DNA of 64,000 nt from positions 1 through 64,000 of IMG/VR virus record IMGVR_UViG_3300025127_000020; one strand, written 5' to 3'. Each line of letters starts with the position of its first letter. Position 1 is the stretch's first letter. The notes under the pieces were generated by a model. It was given only the letters and a program-made list of their open reading frames with translations, was not told where the DNA came from and made no database searches. A program made the translations under genes and the position numbers. The DNA comes from a virus. Below are positions 63,126 to 64,000 of the stretch, in pieces.

Positions 63126-63938
63126 TTAAGGCTCGATTGTGTCTAAAGCTGCGTCGCAAAGATTCTTGTTGGCGGTTGCAGCAGCTACTGCGGCATCCAC
63201 ATCCACATCATTAGCACCAGTAACGGCAATTACAGAAGCTCCAGATAAGTGATAAGGGTTTGCGCCAGGAACTGTTACACCCGCTGTAGCGGTTGCAGCC
63301 GCAATCTCTGCTTTAAGTTCATTTGCTTGCGATTGTTGATCTTGCAATGTTGTAAGCAATGTTGCCAATGCAGCTTTTGTGCAATCAGCAGCTTGGGCAA
63401 CTTGACCGACTGCGGTACCTGCTCTTAGTTGAGCAAGGCGTGTTGCTTGGTCTGCTGGATCTGCGAGTCCAGCAGCAGCTTCAAGGTCTGTCCTTGCATT
63501 TGCAAATCTAGTTGCAATGTCTGCTATAGAACCGTCGTTTGGAGCTACAGGGTTACCATCTGCACCGATAGACCTAAGAAAAGCATCTAATGCAATTTTA
63601 TTAAAAACAATGTCTCTGTTGTCTCCAATTCCGTCGTTGTCTGTGTCTCGAACTTCAGATGCATCAAGATCATCAAAATCAACCCCGTGGGCTGCTCCGT
63701 CTTCGTCAATGTTTAAAGTTTCGTTTATAAGACCTGGGTTTGCAATTCCAATTACGTCTAATAACAAGCCGTCACCAGAACCTTCACCAGCGCCGTCACC
63801 GCCAGCCTTTGCAATTGAATCGAGTTCCACTAATCTTGATTCTTGAAGAGAAGGTGTCGCAAGTGATGGCACACCCGTAACCAAGACTCTATTTAATTTT
63901 GCCTTGATAATCTTTTTTAGTCTTTTCTGTTTTGACAT
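63126..63938 (-). CDS. Ala-rich putative virion protein with a TSP3-like Ca-binding motif
   Basis: DDLDASEVRDTDNDGIGDNRD; strong SD GGAGG; late-type motif upstream. Confidence 0.6.
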   Translation of the reverse strand: MSKQKRLKKIIKAKLNRVLVTGVPSLATPSLQESRLVELDSIAKAGGDGAGEGSGDGLLLDVIGIANPGLINETLNIDEDGAAHGVDFDDLDASEVRDTDNDGIGDNRDIVFNKIALDAFLRSIGADGNPVAPNDGSIADIATRFANARTDLEAAAGLADPADQATRLAQLRAGTAVGQVAQAADCTKAALATLLTTLQDQQSQANELKAEIAAATATAGVTVPGANPYHLSGASVIAVTGANDVDVDAAVAAATANKNLCDAALDTIEP

Positions 63939-63971
63939 TTAAATGTCCTCCATATTAAAAATAAGCTGTTA

Positions 63972-63979
63972 ATAAATAG
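63972..63979 (-). promoter_or_regulatory. Putative late promoter CTATTTAT
   Basis: 33 nt upstream of start 63938. Confidence 0.65.
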
Positions 63980-64000
63980 TAGCAATAGTTGAAAAAGTTA

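Noticed and set aside
4553-63846. Short plus-strand ORFs nested opposite long genes (e.g. 10361-10777, 14684-15121, 47541-47897, 63517-63846)
   Set aside because: Fully antisense to well-supported genes, with the S/F/L-rich composition typical of shadow frames.
1-64000. Genome-wide stop-codon reassignment (code 15 or code 4), known in some large phages
   Set aside because: Core genes are full length in the standard code, and both TAG (e.g. 16705, 58693) and TGA (e.g. 6998, 17694) end genes right before the next gene or promoter.
1-64000. tRNA, rRNA or tmRNA genes
   Set aside because: Intergenic gaps are short and none shows a cloverleaf or T-loop consensus by eye; a tRNAscan/Infernal run would confirm.

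Overview
A 64-kb segment of a large, T4-superfamily-like (probably myovirus or jumbo) dsDNA phage genome, read in the standard genetic code. It is AT-rich and densely coding, and every credible gene but one (a lipoprotein trypsin-like protease) is on the minus strand. In transcription order (right to left): an accessory/regulatory block (TSP3-like acidic-motif protein, Fis-like HTH, DUF2827-like protein, HNH, PIN-PhoH, zincin, Cas4-like PD-(D/E)XK nuclease, two GT4 glycosyltransferases, FmdB zinc ribbon, gp55-like late sigma factor); a baseplate block (gp5-like hub with an M15 peptidase, a 2058-aa protein with a YkuD-like N-terminus, gp25, gp6-like wedge, a 3775-aa LamG protein and other large structural proteins); RuvC, primase and a fused SbcD-SbcC; a holin/spanin-like trio; large terminase, portal and prohead protease; a divergent ribosomal protein bS21 between duplicated genes; and a Ser/Ala/Thr-rich coiled-coil fibre gene that runs off the left edge and is missing from the ORF track. 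I did not recognise major capsid, sheath/tube or DNA polymerase genes. The most notable observations are: (1) the upstream copy of the duplicated gene is split at a G_GAU_UUU_UAA site, where a -1 frameshift would restore the paralogue's architecture and add a LamG domain; (2) bS21 sits in a phage whose SD sites and promoters argue against a Bacteroidota host; (3) a recurrent strand-following CTANTTAY motif that is probably the late promoter, plus three sigma70-type promoters, one apparently leaderless; (4) a candidate virion-glycosylation system (DUF2827-like plus two GT4 plus the Ser-rich fibre); (5) an unannotated 29-aa ORF containing a terminator-like hairpin just before the prohead protease. 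All family calls come from recognising motifs by eye, not from database searches.
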